From Nitrosopumilus sp. (lineage in GTDB: Archaea > Thermoproteota > Nitrososphaeria > Nitrososphaerales > Nitrosopumilaceae): 64,000 nucleotides of DNA. The notes under the pieces are model-generated. The model worked only from the letters and a program-made list of their open reading frames with translations, searched no databases and was not told where the DNA came from. Made by a program: the position numbers and the translations under genes. The DNA lies in contig OZ244732.1 in assembly GCA_965219345.1 (NCBI GenBank), positions 704,001-768,000 on the forward strand, given 5' to 3'. Positions 20,194 to 31,400 of the stretch are shown in pieces (the first letter of the stretch is position 1; each line of letters begins with the position of its first letter).

Positions 20194-20412
20194 TTGGCAG
20201 TAAAAAAGAAAGCTACAGCAAAAAGAAAAACTACAAAAAAGAAGGCTTCTAAATCAAAAACAAAAAAATTACCATTTGGTGGATATGCAATCAATTTTGC
20301 AGGTCGTAAAGAAACTGTAGAACAGGTATTTGGAAATAAACCAATTGCGCCAAGTGAAATGACCAAAAAGATTTGGAAATTTGTAAAATCAAATAGCCTC
20401 TCTAATCGTTAA
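20194..20412 (+). CDS. small basic protein with Lys-rich tail and SWIB/MDM2-like C-terminus
   Basis: KKKATAKRKTTKKK tail; PSEMTKKIWKFVKSNSL resembles SWIB core. Confidence 0.6.
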   Translation: MAVKKKATAKRKTTKKKASKSKTKKLPFGGYAINFAGRKETVEQVFGNKPIAPSEMTKKIWKFVKSNSLSNR

Positions 20413-20501
20413 ACCTACTGGTTAACGAAAAACCGTTAACTAATTTCATCTTTTAATTATTTTTCTTAAAATGAATTAGACAATTCTTACTTGTAAAAAT
20501 T

Positions 20502-21893
20502 CTATTCTACGTAGTGATGATGTGTAAGATTATCATAAAATCTGACTGATTTAATGTTTAAAAATTCTAACATTCCATATCTTGATAATTCTCTTCCAAA
20601 TCCACTGTGCTTTATACCTCCAAATGGAATTCTTGGATCCGAAATTACTACATTGTTGACACTGACAATTCCTGATTCAATTCGTCTCGACATTTTGTCT
20701 GCTTTTGCAAGATCTTTTGTCCAAATACTTGCACCCAAACCAAATTCAATGTCATTAGCTAATTTTATTGCCTCGCTTTCATTCTCTACGATTGTAATTG
20801 GTGCTACTGGACCAAATGTTTCTTCTCGTGCAATTCTCATATCTGGTTTAACATTTGTAAGAATTGTTGGTTTGTAGAAGAATCCTTTACCTTCAATCTC
20901 AGAGCCTCCCAAAAGAATTTCAGCATCTTTTTCTTTTGCATCTTCTACAATTCCTGAAATTGTTTCTAGTCCTTCTTTGCTTGAAATTGGTCCGATATCT
21001 GTTTCCACAGATGTAGGATCTCCAATTTTGAGTTGAGAAGCTTTTTTGATAAATAATTCAATGAATTCTTTTGCAATATTTTTTCCAACAAAGAATCTTT
21101 TTGAGGCTACACAACTTTGACCACAATTGATGAATCTACCCTTCACTGCTCCTTCTGCAGCTTTTTCAATAATTGCGTCATCTAAAACTATGAAAGGATC
21201 ACTTCCACCTAATTCTAAAACACATTTTTTCAAATGCATTGCAGCTCTTTCACCTACTTTTGCTCCTGCATTTGTACTTCCAGTAAAGGTAACAGCATTG
21301 ACATCAGAGTCAATTAGGTGGTTTGCAGCATCTACGCTTCCTACCACTGTCTGAAAAATTCCATCTGGTACGCCTGATTCAGTAAATGCTTTTTCAATTT
21401 CAATTCCTGATTGTAGTGTTATTCTGGATGGTTTCATTACAATCACATTTCCTCCCATTAAACATGGAGCTGCAAATCTTAATGCTTGCCAATAAGGAAA
21501 ATTCCAAGGCATGATTGAACCGATTACCCCCAATGGTTCAAAAGTCAGAAAACTCTTTCTTGCATCTGTATTTAGTACTTCATCCGAAAGAAAACTGTCA
21601 CCATGATCAGCGTAAAATTCTAATGCCCAAGCACATTTTTCAACTTCTCCAATTGATTCTTTGAGTGGTTTGCCCATTTCAGCAGTTGCAACTTTTGCAA
21701 GTTTTATTTTATTTTTCTTTAGGTATTCTACTAAATTGTAAATGTAACTTCTACGTTTTTCATAATCTTTCTTCCATTCTGGAAATGCTCTTTTTGCTTT
21801 TCCTACTAAATCAAGCACTTGATTTTTATCCATTGAAGAAAATGTTGTAATTTCTTCTTCAGTAGCTGGATTTACTGTAGTTATCTGAGTCAA
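20502..21893 (-). CDS. NAD(P)-dependent aldehyde dehydrogenase (succinate-semialdehyde dehydrogenase-like)
   Basis: IMPWNFP, FTGS, LELGGSDP, GQSC, EETFGP, PFGGIKHSG. Confidence 0.9.
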   Translation of the reverse strand: MTQITTVNPATEEEITTFSSMDKNQVLDLVGKAKRAFPEWKKDYEKRRSYIYNLVEYLKKNKIKLAKVATAEMGKPLKESIGEVEKCAWALEFYADHGDSFLSDEVLNTDARKSFLTFEPLGVIGSIMPWNFPYWQALRFAAPCLMGGNVIVMKPSRITLQSGIEIEKAFTESGVPDGIFQTVVGSVDAANHLIDSDVNAVTFTGSTNAGAKVGERAAMHLKKCVLELGGSDPFIVLDDAIIEKAAEGAVKGRFINCGQSCVASKRFFVGKNIAKEFIELFIKKASQLKIGDPTSVETDIGPISSKEGLETISGIVEDAKEKDAEILLGGSEIEGKGFFYKPTILTNVKPDMRIAREETFGPVAPITIVENESEAIKLANDIEFGLGASIWTKDLAKADKMSRRIESGIVSVNNVVISDPRIPFGGIKHSGFGRELSRYGMLEFLNIKSVRFYDNLTHHHYVE

Positions 21894-21946
21894 GGATATT
21901 TTCCCTATTTCTCCTATATTTAATGTAGTCTTATTTCCAGATCTAA

Positions 21947-22468
21947 TTAGAAAATTTGTTGCATATCCTTTTTCATTTCATCAATTTTCTTTGAATACGC
22001 TTTTTTTGATTTATCATTCTTTTTTAGATTTAGAACATCTCCACATGTTGGGCACTTGAACATATCATCAAGTGCTGTTTCAAAGGTCACTCTTGGACAA
22101 TCTTCATTACCACAATGATAAAAATCAGAAGCATTTTCATAATCTAATCTTTGTTGTAACCTTTCCGTAATTTTCTTTTTTTGATTTTCTATAAAATGTT
22201 CAACTTCTTCTCTTCTAGTTCTCCATCTATAGACAAACCAACCTTTTCTTTCATCTTTCACTCTGATTCCAGTAATGAGAGACTTTCCAAATAGATCATA
22301 CAATACTTTCCTTACCATGTTGATTCTAAGACCTGTAGAACTTGCAATTTCTTCGTCTGTTGCATCTTCAGCTTTTAACAGAGATCTAGCTACTTTGAGA
22401 TATTCATCTCCTCCAATCATCGAAGCAATTCTAACAAAAGGATCTTCGTATTTGTCTATCAACTCCAA
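21947..22468 (-). CDS. tfe: transcription factor E (alpha)
   Basis: TDEEIA..VRKVLYDL..GWFVYRW wHTH, FKCPTCG Zn ribbon. Confidence 0.9.
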   Translation of the reverse strand: MELIDKYEDPFVRIASMIGGDEYLKVARSLLKAEDATDEEIASSTGLRINMVRKVLYDLFGKSLITGIRVKDERKGWFVYRWRTRREEVEHFIENQKKKITERLQQRLDYENASDFYHCGNEDCPRVTFETALDDMFKCPTCGDVLNLKKNDKSKKAYSKKIDEMKKDMQQIF

Positions 22469-22488
22469 TCACTCCAAATTTTCTACTA

Positions 22489-23022
22489 TTAATCCCTTGT
22501 TTCGTTTATTTCCACATTTTTGCCCTTTTTTGTGGGTATAATCTTCCTTAATGCATCTGGAAATACCTTCTCGAATTGTTCACCTTTTTGGATACGATCT
22601 AAAAGTATTGCCAGTGCACTGATCTCTGAGTGTGGTTGACTTCCAACTCCTACATTATAATCTGCTAATTCAAAAATTTCTCTTGGTACTTTTTCAGCAC
22701 CTACAACAACTAGCAGATTTTCTTCTTCACGAAGTTTTGCTTGTACATCATTAATGCTTTCTCCATACATTGTAAGATGTACAACTCTAAAGTTTTCCTC
22801 CTTTTTCTTTTTTACAATAGATTTCCATTTCTCAATAAATTCAACTACAAAGTTTCCTCCCCAAGTTTTATTGATCTTTTCTAGAGATTCTTTGATTTCA
22901 GGATTGATCTCAGTCATGAAAATTCTCTTTGCACCAAATGCCCTTGAAACTAGTGCGACGTGTGTTGTAACTCTGTCATCTCTTACAAGACGTTGTCCTA
23001 TTCTAACTACCTCAATTACCAA
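22489..23022 (-). CDS. trm56: tRNA (cytidine56-2'-O)-methyltransferase
   Basis: [36 protein letters not shown]; probable TTG start at 23022. Confidence 0.9.
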   Translation of the reverse strand: MVIEVVRIGQRLVRDDRVTTHVALVSRAFGAKRIFMTEINPEIKESLEKINKTWGGNFVVEFIEKWKSIVKKKKEENFRVVHLTMYGESINDVQAKLREEENLLVVVGAEKVPREIFELADYNVGVGSQPHSEISALAILLDRIQKGEQFEKVFPDALRKIIPTKKGKNVEINETRD

Positions 23023-24133
23023 ATGATTTTTCAACCCCCTCCAAAACATTTCCCTCAAATTTAGGTGAATTCTGACTTTTCATAATATCTCCAATTAATT
23101 CTTTAAGCTGGTTAACATTTTTTCCTGTTTTTGCAGAAAGTGAAATACATTTTTTATTTTCAGTTAAGTTAAGTATGTCGATTTTCTGCTCAATATCTTC
23201 ACTTTTTAACAAATCTGCTTTATTCAAAGCATAAACCATCCTATCTTTTTCAATTTCTAACTCACTTAATGTTCTCATACAACTGGCAAATTTCTTTTTT
23301 AATTCAACTAATGAATCAGCAATATCAATTACAACAATTATGATATCTGTATGCTTCAATTCTTCTAATGTTGATTTGAATGCATCTATCATGTATGCTG
23401 GTAATTTACTGATAAAACCCACCGTATCTGAGATTAAGAACGGTTCTTGATTAATTGTCACCCTTCGTATAGTTGTAGAAAGTGTTGTAAACAGTTCTTT
23501 GCTCTCAGCTTTTGTTTCTCCCGTCATTTTGTTAAATAATGTTGTTTTTCCTGAAGAAGTATAACCTGCCAGTGAGATTATCTTGAATCCCATTCTCTTT
23601 CTTCCTTGTCTATGAAGCTCTCTTTGTTTACCCGCCTTTTCTAGTTTAGATCTAACTGTCTGCATTCTATGTTTGATATCGTTATAGTAAACGTCTACCT
23701 CAAATTTTCCTATTCCCATAAATCCTGGTTGCTCTCCCATGTTTGAAAGACGGACTTTTTCTTTTGCTCTGGACATCTCATATCTTAATTGCGCTAATTT
23801 TACTTGTAATTTTGATTCTGCACTTGATGCCCTACTTTCAAAAATTTCAAGAATTAATGCTTCTCTATCTAAAACTTCTCTATGTAAAACAGATGCAAGG
23901 TTATAATTTTGGCTCGGTTTTAAAATTTCATCAAATACAATTACATCTGGTCTGAGTTTCTCTGATAACTCTTCTAGTTCTTCTAAAACTCCACCACTCA
24001 TTCCATATTTCCGTTTTTGTAGAAATTTTGCAGTAATTGTATGAACTACTTGATATCCTGCAGCATCGCACAATCCTTTTGCCTCATTAATTGAGTCTTC
24101 TTTATCATATGTGATTAAAATTGTTGACTTCAT
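23012..24133 (-). CDS. hflX: GTPase HflX
   Basis: [38 protein letters not shown]. Confidence 0.92.
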   Translation of the reverse strand: MKSTILITYDKEDSINEAKGLCDAAGYQVVHTITAKFLQKRKYGMSGGVLEELEELSEKLRPDVIVFDEILKPSQNYNLASVLHREVLDREALILEIFESRASSAESKLQVKLAQLRYEMSRAKEKVRLSNMGEQPGFMGIGKFEVDVYYNDIKHRMQTVRSKLEKAGKQRELHRQGRKRMGFKIISLAGYTSSGKTTLFNKMTGETKAESKELFTTLSTTIRRVTINQEPFLISDTVGFISKLPAYMIDAFKSTLEELKHTDIIIVVIDIADSLVELKKKFASCMRTLSELEIEKDRMVYALNKADLLKSEDIEQKIDILNLTENKKCISLSAKTGKNVNQLKELIGDIMKSQNSPKFEGNVLEGVEKSFGN

Positions 24134-24189
24134 TTTGATTCATTATTTTTAGTATAATTCAAGTTAAAGATTCTACCTGTTTTGATTGA

Positions 24190-25236
24190 TTATTCAGTTT
24201 TTTTTAATGTTTTTTCTATATTCATATTCAAGACAATTTCTGCTATGTCACTAGCATATTCAGAAACTCTCCTGATGCTTTCAGTCATTCTCCTAACTCT
24301 GTAAATTTCTTCTTCGTCTTTTAGTGATTTTGAAACATCTCTAACTTTTTTCTCATATTTGGCAATTTCATTTGTTTTTTTAATGGTTTTTTCTGCCTGC
24401 GTATAATCTTCTTTGAATAATGCTAGACATGAATCATCTAAAACCGATAGACAAAACTCATTCATATCTTGAAGTTTTTCTAAAATTTCTTTCTTGACTG
24501 ATTTTTTAAACTCAAGAAGATCTTTTGCAATAAATGCTGCATGATCTCCCGCTCTCTCTATATTTTTTACAACTAATCTATAACCAAGACAATTTCTAGC
24601 ATTTCTAAAACCCATCTCTTTTAACATGTGTTCGTTTTGAATTGCTATCTTTAACTGACGAATTATATAAAATCCAAATCTGTCTACTTCATCATCTGTA
24701 TTAATTACTTCTTGAGCTAGTTCTAAATTATTTTCCTTTACTGCTAAAATTGCATCACTAGACATTGATTTAGCTAAGTGAATCATTCTTTTGAATGCAC
24801 CATCAACCGATAATTCTAGTAAATTGACAAGAACTTGTACTGTAATTCCACTACTTGAATCAGAAATAATTTCAGAACCCATCAACATTCGCTTAACTGC
24901 TTCTTTTACAGTTTTTCTTTGATTGGGACTTAATCTACCATTTTTTGGTTTAACATTAATAGTTTTGAATCCCAAAAAATATAGAGAAATTAATTTTCTA
25001 ATAATTGAAGATGCTTCTTCTTCAATATCAATCTCTATTGTTGCATCTTCTTTTTTTTGGATACGGGATTCAAATTTTGGTGGATAAAGTTCTAATGTTG
25101 ATGATCCTTTTCTGACTATTCTAATTTGATCTCCTTGTTTTAGGTCTAAATCCATAATCCATTGTTTTGGTAATGAAACTATGTATGATGATTTTCCTGT
25201 AAATTGAATTTTTCTTGTTTCTCCTGTTTCTTCCAT
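24190..25236 (-). CDS. AbrB-PhoU phosphate uptake regulator
   Basis: RKIQFTGKSSYIVSLPKQW AbrB; DDEVDR, ERAGDHA PhoU repeats. Confidence 0.88.
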   Translation of the reverse strand: MEETGETRKIQFTGKSSYIVSLPKQWIMDLDLKQGDQIRIVRKGSSTLELYPPKFESRIQKKEDATIEIDIEEEASSIIRKLISLYFLGFKTINVKPKNGRLSPNQRKTVKEAVKRMLMGSEIISDSSSGITVQVLVNLLELSVDGAFKRMIHLAKSMSSDAILAVKENNLELAQEVINTDDEVDRFGFYIIRQLKIAIQNEHMLKEMGFRNARNCLGYRLVVKNIERAGDHAAFIAKDLLEFKKSVKKEILEKLQDMNEFCLSVLDDSCLALFKEDYTQAEKTIKKTNEIAKYEKKVRDVSKSLKDEEEIYRVRRMTESIRRVSEYASDIAEIVLNMNIEKTLKKTE

Positions 25237-25314
25237 AATCTAAAGAGAAAAGACTCTTCTATATAGTTTGAGATCTATGATATGGTTTTACATTGAACTA
25301 ATATTTCGAAAAAT

Positions 25315-25800
25315 TTGCCTACGAGCATGGATCATACTCTCAAGCTACGGCATTCACTTGATGCGTTATTTGGAAATGGTGTATCAAAATATTTGCCCAA
25401 AGATATTGAAATGGTCTTTTCACGAAAGACCGGAAGAATTAGAACTGTTTCGCATAAAGGAAAATTACTCTGCACTTTGAGAATTGATGGTGGTTTAGCA
25501 ATTAGTCCTTATTTTGCTCAAATTTTATTGAAAAGTAAAACGTTTCGCGAAAACTGTGTTGAGATAAATAAAGACGCTGCTCCATTTGTCAAGGAAGGAA
25601 GATCTGTATTTTGTAAACATGTAGTATGGTGTGGAAAAAAAGTACGTATTTCTGCTGATACTCCAGTATTATTCAAAAATAAAGTAATTGCAGTTGGCAA
25701 GGCTGTTCTTTCATGTGAGATGATTTTAGATTTTGATAGGGGTGTAGCAATAAAGGTCAGAGATAGTTTAAAAAGTCGTAAAGAGGAAATAGAATTATGA
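25315..25800 (+). CDS. PUA-domain protein (archaeosine TGT C-terminal-like)
   Basis: SRKTGRIR, GRSVFCKHV, AVGKA, GVAIKVR. Confidence 0.78.
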   Translation: MPTSMDHTLKLRHSLDALFGNGVSKYLPKDIEMVFSRKTGRIRTVSHKGKLLCTLRIDGGLAISPYFAQILLKSKTFRENCVEINKDAAPFVKEGRSVFCKHVVWCGKKVRISADTPVLFKNKVIAVGKAVLSCEMILDFDRGVAIKVRDSLKSRKEEIEL

Positions 25801-26138
25801 TGCGAGGAGGAAATCGCGAAATGCGAAGAATGATGGACAAGATGGGTCTTGATATGAGTGAGCTTCCAAATGTTCAAGAAGTAATAATTAAGACAGACAA
25901 AAAAGAGATTATTGTCACTAAACCCTCCGTTACTGAAATGAAAGCAAAAGATAGCTCTATTTTTACAGTAACTGCAGACAGTTATGAAGAAAGAGAATTA
26001 GAGGCTCCAATTTTTTCAGAAGAAGATATCCAGTTAGTCAGCCAACAAGCTGGAGTTGATGAAGAAAAAGCTAAAAACGCTTTAGAGGAAGCTAAAGGCA
26101 ATCTTGCAAGAGCAATACTACTTCTAACTACCGGATAA
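25797..26138 (+). CDS. nac: nascent polypeptide-associated complex protein
   Basis: MRRMMDKMG NAC domain; EEDIQLV..GNLARAIL UBA. Confidence 0.9.
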   Translation: MMRGGNREMRRMMDKMGLDMSELPNVQEVIIKTDKKEIIVTKPSVTEMKAKDSSIFTVTADSYEERELEAPIFSEEDIQLVSQQAGVDEEKAKNALEEAKGNLARAILLLTTG

Positions 26139-26222
26139 TATCTCGATTTTTGTCGTTTTTGTGCCTAAAAACCTGTTAAAAATGAATGATTTAAGTAATG
26201 GAATTGTTGAATTTTTGGTGTA

Positions 26223-26558
26223 ATGAGCAGCATTGCTGAATCTAAAGTTACTGGAATAATCAAATCTTTGAATGCCTTAGAAAATGATCTAGATTCACTA
26301 AACAATAAAGTATCTGATATGAAAAAACAACTTGCTGTGAAGGCACAGAACGAAATTGATTCCTTGTTAGAAAAAACTCGAGAAATGGCTACAAAAGAAG
26401 CTGAAGTTATCATTAATGCGTCAAAAGAAAAGGCAACGACAGAATCTGTAAAAATTACTAAAGAGGGTGAGACTAAATTATCTGAAATCCAATCAAATGT
26501 TGATGCTAATTTTGACAAAGCAGTGAAACATGTCGTGTCAACTGTTTTGAAGGCATAA
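26223..26558 (+). CDS. coiled-coil protein, A/V-ATPase subunit H/G-like
   Basis: charged helical sequence with EAEVIINASKEKA pattern. Confidence 0.5.
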   Translation: MSSIAESKVTGIIKSLNALENDLDSLNNKVSDMKKQLAVKAQNEIDSLLEKTREMATKEAEVIINASKEKATTESVKITKEGETKLSEIQSNVDANFDKAVKHVVSTVLKA

Positions 26559-26600
26559 ACCTAAATCGTATATTTCATTTTACCAAATATCGATCCCTTA

Positions 26601-27242
26601 CTGAATGCTCGTATTGGAATTGCAACTACTTACGGTAAACCATATTATAGATTCTCAACATATCTTAAAACCCTCAAATTATCTTTTGATTCTATACTTC
26701 CTGAAGAAATTCTAGATTATTCTGGACATCTAATTCTTACTACCCTTAAAGAGTCTCCAAAAAACTATGAAAAACCATTACTTCATGAAGATATCTTTGA
26801 ACATCATCCTACTGTAACTAGAGGTATGATGATGCAAAGACTCAATCCAGATTTTGAAGAAGAAGATCTAGTATTAGGGGTTGATCCAGGACAAAGAACT
26901 GGTTTGTCGGTATTTTACTATGAAAAAGAAATTGGGAGCTCATTTCATTCTTCAGTTGAAGAATTAGTTTTTCATATTATTCAAATTTTAGGCGGTCTTA
27001 GAGCAAAAAGAAAAATTGTAAAAATTGGAAATGGAAATATGACTATTGCAAAACAAATTGTGACCATGCTTAATCTAAAATTTTGTTCATCTTTTGAATT
27101 GGAATTTGTTGATGAACGGAAAACTAGTCTTAAAATTAAAAATTTCAATCAAAGAGGAAAACGTGACATGCTTTCTGCAAAGTATATCTCACAACGAGAT
27201 GGATTTAGACATTCTATTCTACCTCTATCTATGACAGGTTAA
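26601..27242 (+). CDS. hypothetical protein with RNase H-like (GVDPG) domain
   Basis: Frame is open upstream of the listed ATG (26826) to at least CTG 26601 (LNARIGIATTYGKPYY...); VLGVDPGQRTGL, FVDERKTS. Confidence 0.6.
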   Translation: MNARIGIATTYGKPYYRFSTYLKTLKLSFDSILPEEILDYSGHLILTTLKESPKNYEKPLLHEDIFEHHPTVTRGMMMQRLNPDFEEEDLVLGVDPGQRTGLSVFYYEKEIGSSFHSSVEELVFHIIQILGGLRAKRKIVKIGNGNMTIAKQIVTMLNLKFCSSFELEFVDERKTSLKIKNFNQRGKRDMLSAKYISQRDGFRHSILPLSMTG

Positions 27243-27589
27243 ACCAGAAATTTCATTGTAAAAATTTTTACAAATACCTGAATTAACTATTTTTTTCTTT
27301 TTGCTGTGCCTAGATAATGATGAAAGTATGAATATATCATAGATTTTCTGCGTTTTTTTTAAAAAAAATGAAATTTTTATTCAAACAACTATATAACTGA
27401 GTATCATTTTTTCAAAAAATACAATATTCAGATCAGCTATACATATTTATTGAAGATTATTTGTTTTTTTTGAAACTAATAACTTTGATCGCAAAATAAT
27501 TTAAAATATTTTCATATTTTTCTATTTTTTTATACATATTTCATCAATCTATTCTTATATAGTTGTGAATTCTATAATGAAATACCAAG

Positions 27590-28033
27590 ATGACTTGTAA
27601 AGGAATTTGTGTTAGATACAAGGCTCAAAAGCCTGTAGGAACCGGAAGATATGCCTCCGGACAGCGTCGATGCCAAATTTGTGAAATCTTCATCAAATGG
27701 GAAGGACTTTGGTGTCCATGTTGTGGATATAGATTAAGAACAAAACCACGTAATCTAAAATACAAAGCAAAATTACGTGCTAGAGTTGAAGCTGATTCTA
27801 TTGAAGCTAAAGCAGTTGCAAAAATTCAATCAGAAGAGATTGAAGTTGGTGTAGCAGTAAAAGCAAAATCAAAAGCTAAAACAACAAAATCCAAAGCAAC
27901 GAAAAAAGAAAAAACCCCTTGTACATACTGTGAAAAACTGTTTGTCTATGCTGACAAACATGAAAAGAACTGCAAGAAAAATCCAAATATCGTAATTTCC
28001 CAAGAAAGTGAATCAATAGCAATAAAAGCATAA
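27590..28033 (+). CDS. Cys-rich zinc-finger protein
   Basis: CKGIC, CQIC..CPCCG, CTYC..H..C. Confidence 0.65.
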   Translation: MTCKGICVRYKAQKPVGTGRYASGQRRCQICEIFIKWEGLWCPCCGYRLRTKPRNLKYKAKLRARVEADSIEAKAVAKIQSEEIEVGVAVKAKSKAKTTKSKATKKEKTPCTYCEKLFVYADKHEKNCKKNPNIVISQESESIAIKA

Positions 28034-28050
28034 GATTTGTTCATAGCTTA

Positions 28051-28392
28051 TTGAACCCTCCAAATGGATTTTCCCAAAAAGTGGTAAATTTGGAGAGCCG
28101 TACTTTTTTTTTACAGATTCAAAAATTTGAAAATGGATATTTTGTTTCTGTCACAGAAGGAACTAACAAAATAGGTTCTATGGTTGTTTCTTTAGCAACT
28201 GGACCTACACCAATTACAACAACTATTATCCCATCTAGAACTGAATCTATTTTTCTAAAACTCATTGCTGAACGAATTAGCACCAGGATGAGAGGTATTG
28301 CTTTAGTTTCTACCTTTACTCAAAAAGAATTAGAATCCAATACTGCAAAAGCCTTAATGTCTGAGATAATGGAGATGATAGATAATGACTGA
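28051..28392 (+). CDS. hypothetical protein (proteasome-assembly-chaperone-like)
   Basis: ORF coupled to ubiD-like gene; host-like composition. Confidence 0.5.
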   Translation: MNPPNGFSQKVVNLESRTFFLQIQKFENGYFVSVTEGTNKIGSMVVSLATGPTPITTTIIPSRTESIFLKLIAERISTRMRGIALVSTFTQKELESNTAKALMSEIMEMIDND

Positions 28393-29719
28393 TTTAAGAA
28401 ATTATATTTCTCAAATTAAAAAGAGTAAAGATCTTAAAATTGTAAAAACAAAAGTTTCTACAAAATTTGAAATTGCGGGAATCACAGCAAAAGTTGATGG
28501 TTCACATGCAGTTTTATTTGAAAATATCAATAAAAGTAACTTTCGTTTAGTTGCTAATTTAGTGGGAACTAGAAAAAGATTTGCTCTGGCGGTTGGAAGT
28601 ACAGAAGATAATATTCATGAAAAAGTAATTTCAGCAATCAAAAAGGCTAAACAGCCAAAAATTACCTCTTCCGGAAAATTCATGGAAAACAAGTCAAAAA
28701 ATCTCTTTTCCCTGCCTATTGTAACTCATTTTGAAAAGGAATCTGGTCCATTTATCACATCTTCCATTGTTTATGCAAAGAATCCTGAAACTGGAAAACA
28801 AAATTCCTCCTTTCATAGATTAATGCCAATTGATAAAACTCATTTTTCCATTAGAATGGTAGAAGGACGTCATCTCCACAGATGTTTTGTTCATGCAAAA
28901 GAACATGGCAAAGATTTGAAAATTGCAATTACTGTTGGTGTTCATCCCGCAATTTCTATCGCAGGTGCATATCAAGCTGAATGGGGAAAAGATGAAATAA
29001 ATATTGCAAACTCTCTTTTGGCCGGAAAATTAACTTTGACAAAACTTCCTTCTACAGGACTGAATGTACCCTCAGGTGCTGAAATTGTAATGGAAGGAAA
29101 AATTCTTCATGATAAAACTCATCGTGAATGGATGGTTGAAATGCTTCAAACATATGATCATAAAAGACCTCAACCAGTTTTTGAACTTGAAAATTTCTAT
29201 TTTAGAAACAATCCAATTTTTCATGATATCCTATCTGGCTATTCAGAACATAGGTTACTAATGGGAATGCCAATTGAATCCAAATTAAATGGAGAATTAA
29301 AAAAAGCTTATTCTCAAACACGACAAGTCTCAATGACTAATGGTGGGTGTAATTGGTTGCATGCGGTTGTACAAATTAAAAAGAAAAGCCAATCTGATCC
29401 TAAAAAAATAATTAAAAAAACATTTGAGTCTCATCGTTCCCTAAAACAAGTAACTATAGTTGATGAAGACATTGATCCCAATAGTGCAGAATCAGTAGAA
29501 TATGCCATGGCTACAAGATTTCAAGCAGATAAAGATCTGATTATTCTCAAAAACGTTCGTGGTTCTAGTCTTGATCCATCTAGTAATCAACAGAAATTAA
29601 AAACTGCGAAAATGGGCATTGATGCAACCAGATCTCTTTCAAAACGTCCTGATGGATTTAAAATAGCAAAAATTCCAAATATCGATAAAATCAACCTAGA
29701 GAAACTATTAAGAGATTAA
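28385..29719 (+). CDS. UbiD-family decarboxylase (likely anhydromevalonate phosphate decarboxylase)
   Basis: EIVMEG, VDEDID, RGSSLDPS, KMGIDAT. Confidence 0.85.
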   Translation: MTDLRNYISQIKKSKDLKIVKTKVSTKFEIAGITAKVDGSHAVLFENINKSNFRLVANLVGTRKRFALAVGSTEDNIHEKVISAIKKAKQPKITSSGKFMENKSKNLFSLPIVTHFEKESGPFITSSIVYAKNPETGKQNSSFHRLMPIDKTHFSIRMVEGRHLHRCFVHAKEHGKDLKIAITVGVHPAISIAGAYQAEWGKDEINIANSLLAGKLTLTKLPSTGLNVPSGAEIVMEGKILHDKTHREWMVEMLQTYDHKRPQPVFELENFYFRNNPIFHDILSGYSEHRLLMGMPIESKLNGELKKAYSQTRQVSMTNGGCNWLHAVVQIKKKSQSDPKKIIKKTFESHRSLKQVTIVDEDIDPNSAESVEYAMATRFQADKDLIILKNVRGSSLDPSSNQQKLKTAKMGIDATRSLSKRPDGFKIAKIPNIDKINLEKLLRD

Positions 29720-29721
29720 AA

Positions 29722-30210
29722 ATGTCATCAGAAAATTCCAATATTTGCGAAAAAAGTCCTTCTGAATCACACGCCGAAGTAATTGTTAGGATGTTTCCCA
29801 CAGATGCAAATCCAGCGGGAAACGTGTTTGGTGGTGAAATTTTAAAACATATTGATATGGTTGCAGGGATTGTAGCTCAACGACATTCTCAGTCAAATGC
29901 AGTCACCGTATCTATGGATAGTGTTAATTTTCTAAAACCTATTTTTGTCGGGAATGTTCTAAAACTAAATGCCAGAATAAATTATGTACATAACTCATCA
30001 ATGGAAATTGAAGTAAAAGCTGAAGCTGAAGATATTGTAACAGGAATAAGAACCACTACTGGAAATGCTTTTGTTACATTTGTAGCTCTCGATAAAAATA
30101 GAAAACCAATACATGTTCCTAGACTAGCTCTTAAGACAGATGAAGATAGAACCAAGTTTGAAGAAGGTAAAGTTAGAATGGAAAAACGATTGAAAAATCG
30201 TCAAAAATAG
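29722..30210 (+). CDS. acyl-CoA thioesterase (hotdog fold)
   Basis: DANPAGNVFGGEILKHID, FLKPI, FVTFVALD. Confidence 0.9.
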   Translation: MSSENSNICEKSPSESHAEVIVRMFPTDANPAGNVFGGEILKHIDMVAGIVAQRHSQSNAVTVSMDSVNFLKPIFVGNVLKLNARINYVHNSSMEIEVKAEAEDIVTGIRTTTGNAFVTFVALDKNRKPIHVPRLALKTDEDRTKFEEGKVRMEKRLKNRQK

Positions 30211-30263
30211 CCTCTCTAATTGTCATGGATCCATTTAAGAATAACAAAAATCATCTTTAGTTA

Positions 30264-30677
30264 ATGTCTGAACAAGAAAAAAATAACGAATGGGATTCAC
30301 TATGGCAAGAATATACAAAGTCTCTTGAAGGCTGGAAATCACTTTTTGAGCAAATTCAAAATGCAAGTAATGACATGCAATCTAAATTCAATCAAGTATG
30401 GGAAAAAGCATCTGCTGAATCCAGTGCCGAAACTATGAAATCATTTGGAGAAAATTGGCAAAAAGCAATGATTGATGCAGGAATGAAGTCTTTCAAAGAA
30501 TTTGGAGAAAATTGGCAAAAAGCTCTTAATGATTCTAATGCCGATGTTTTCAAACAATTTGCTGAAAATTGGCAGAAGACTCTAAGTTCATCTGGATTAG
30601 AACAAATGCAAGCTTTTGGTGAAATGATGAAAAAATTTGCTGATACTTGGAATTCTATGTGGCCCAGACCACAATAA
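30264..30677 (+). CDS. Trp-rich amphipathic repeat protein
   Basis: three F(G/A)ENWQK repeats. Confidence 0.65.
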   Translation: MSEQEKNNEWDSLWQEYTKSLEGWKSLFEQIQNASNDMQSKFNQVWEKASAESSAETMKSFGENWQKAMIDAGMKSFKEFGENWQKALNDSNADVFKQFAENWQKTLSSSGLEQMQAFGEMMKKFADTWNSMWPRPQ

Positions 30678-30716
30678 TTTCCGAACGAATAAAAACTTGA
30701 TTTATTCATTCTTTTT

Positions 30717-31385
30717 TTGATGACAATTACTCAAAGTGAATGCTTTGTTGAATTATCTAGTTTTCATGATTTGGCAAGATATGCTTGTGCATTTAGAGAA
30801 TATCCAAGAAGAGTATATTCTCAAGAATTTGATGGTTCAAGAATTATTTCAACTAGTTTAACTCTTGCAAATACTTTGTTGATTTTTTATGTCAAAATGC
30901 CAAAATCTGGTAGGTATATCTCATACCGAGTTAATGCAGGAAAAGAGACTTGTGAAATTGTAGAATCTACAAAAGATATTTCAAATTATGCACCAATTGT
31001 ACATATGGAATCAAAAATTTCCTCCTTAGCTGTAAAAACCGAAAAAATCTCTGATCAATTTCATCCAATTCAAGTTAAAGATTTGGGAAGTTTAGCACGA
31101 TTAACATATGATCCTGAGTTTCCAGATGAACAAGATCTTTCCCTATATGCGTTACCTCACAAAAATTCTTGGGTATTAGGATACATTACACCATTAGAAA
31201 TGGATGAAGTGATCTATAATTTCAATTATGTTGAACTAGATTCTGAACCTACCAGACATTTTATCAAATATCAGGGAAATCAAGGACGAGATCCAGAATT
31301 TTCAGATAATTTTGATCATGGATATTCATATTTACCAGTCATCAAAATTAAAAATAAACATTCAATCTTTGGATTTTCAGATTAA
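30717..31385 (+). CDS. hypothetical protein
   Basis: 222-aa ORF, host-like composition. Confidence 0.6.
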   Translation: MMTITQSECFVELSSFHDLARYACAFREYPRRVYSQEFDGSRIISTSLTLANTLLIFYVKMPKSGRYISYRVNAGKETCEIVESTKDISNYAPIVHMESKISSLAVKTEKISDQFHPIQVKDLGSLARLTYDPEFPDEQDLSLYALPHKNSWVLGYITPLEMDEVIYNFNYVELDSEPTRHFIKYQGNQGRDPEFSDNFDHGYSYLPVIKIKNKHSIFGFSD

Positions 31386-31400
31386 ATTTTAAACCTATTT

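Noticed and set aside
27243-27589. Very AT-rich intergenic region as replication origin
   Set aside because: No recognisable ORB repeats and no adjacent cdc6/orc1.
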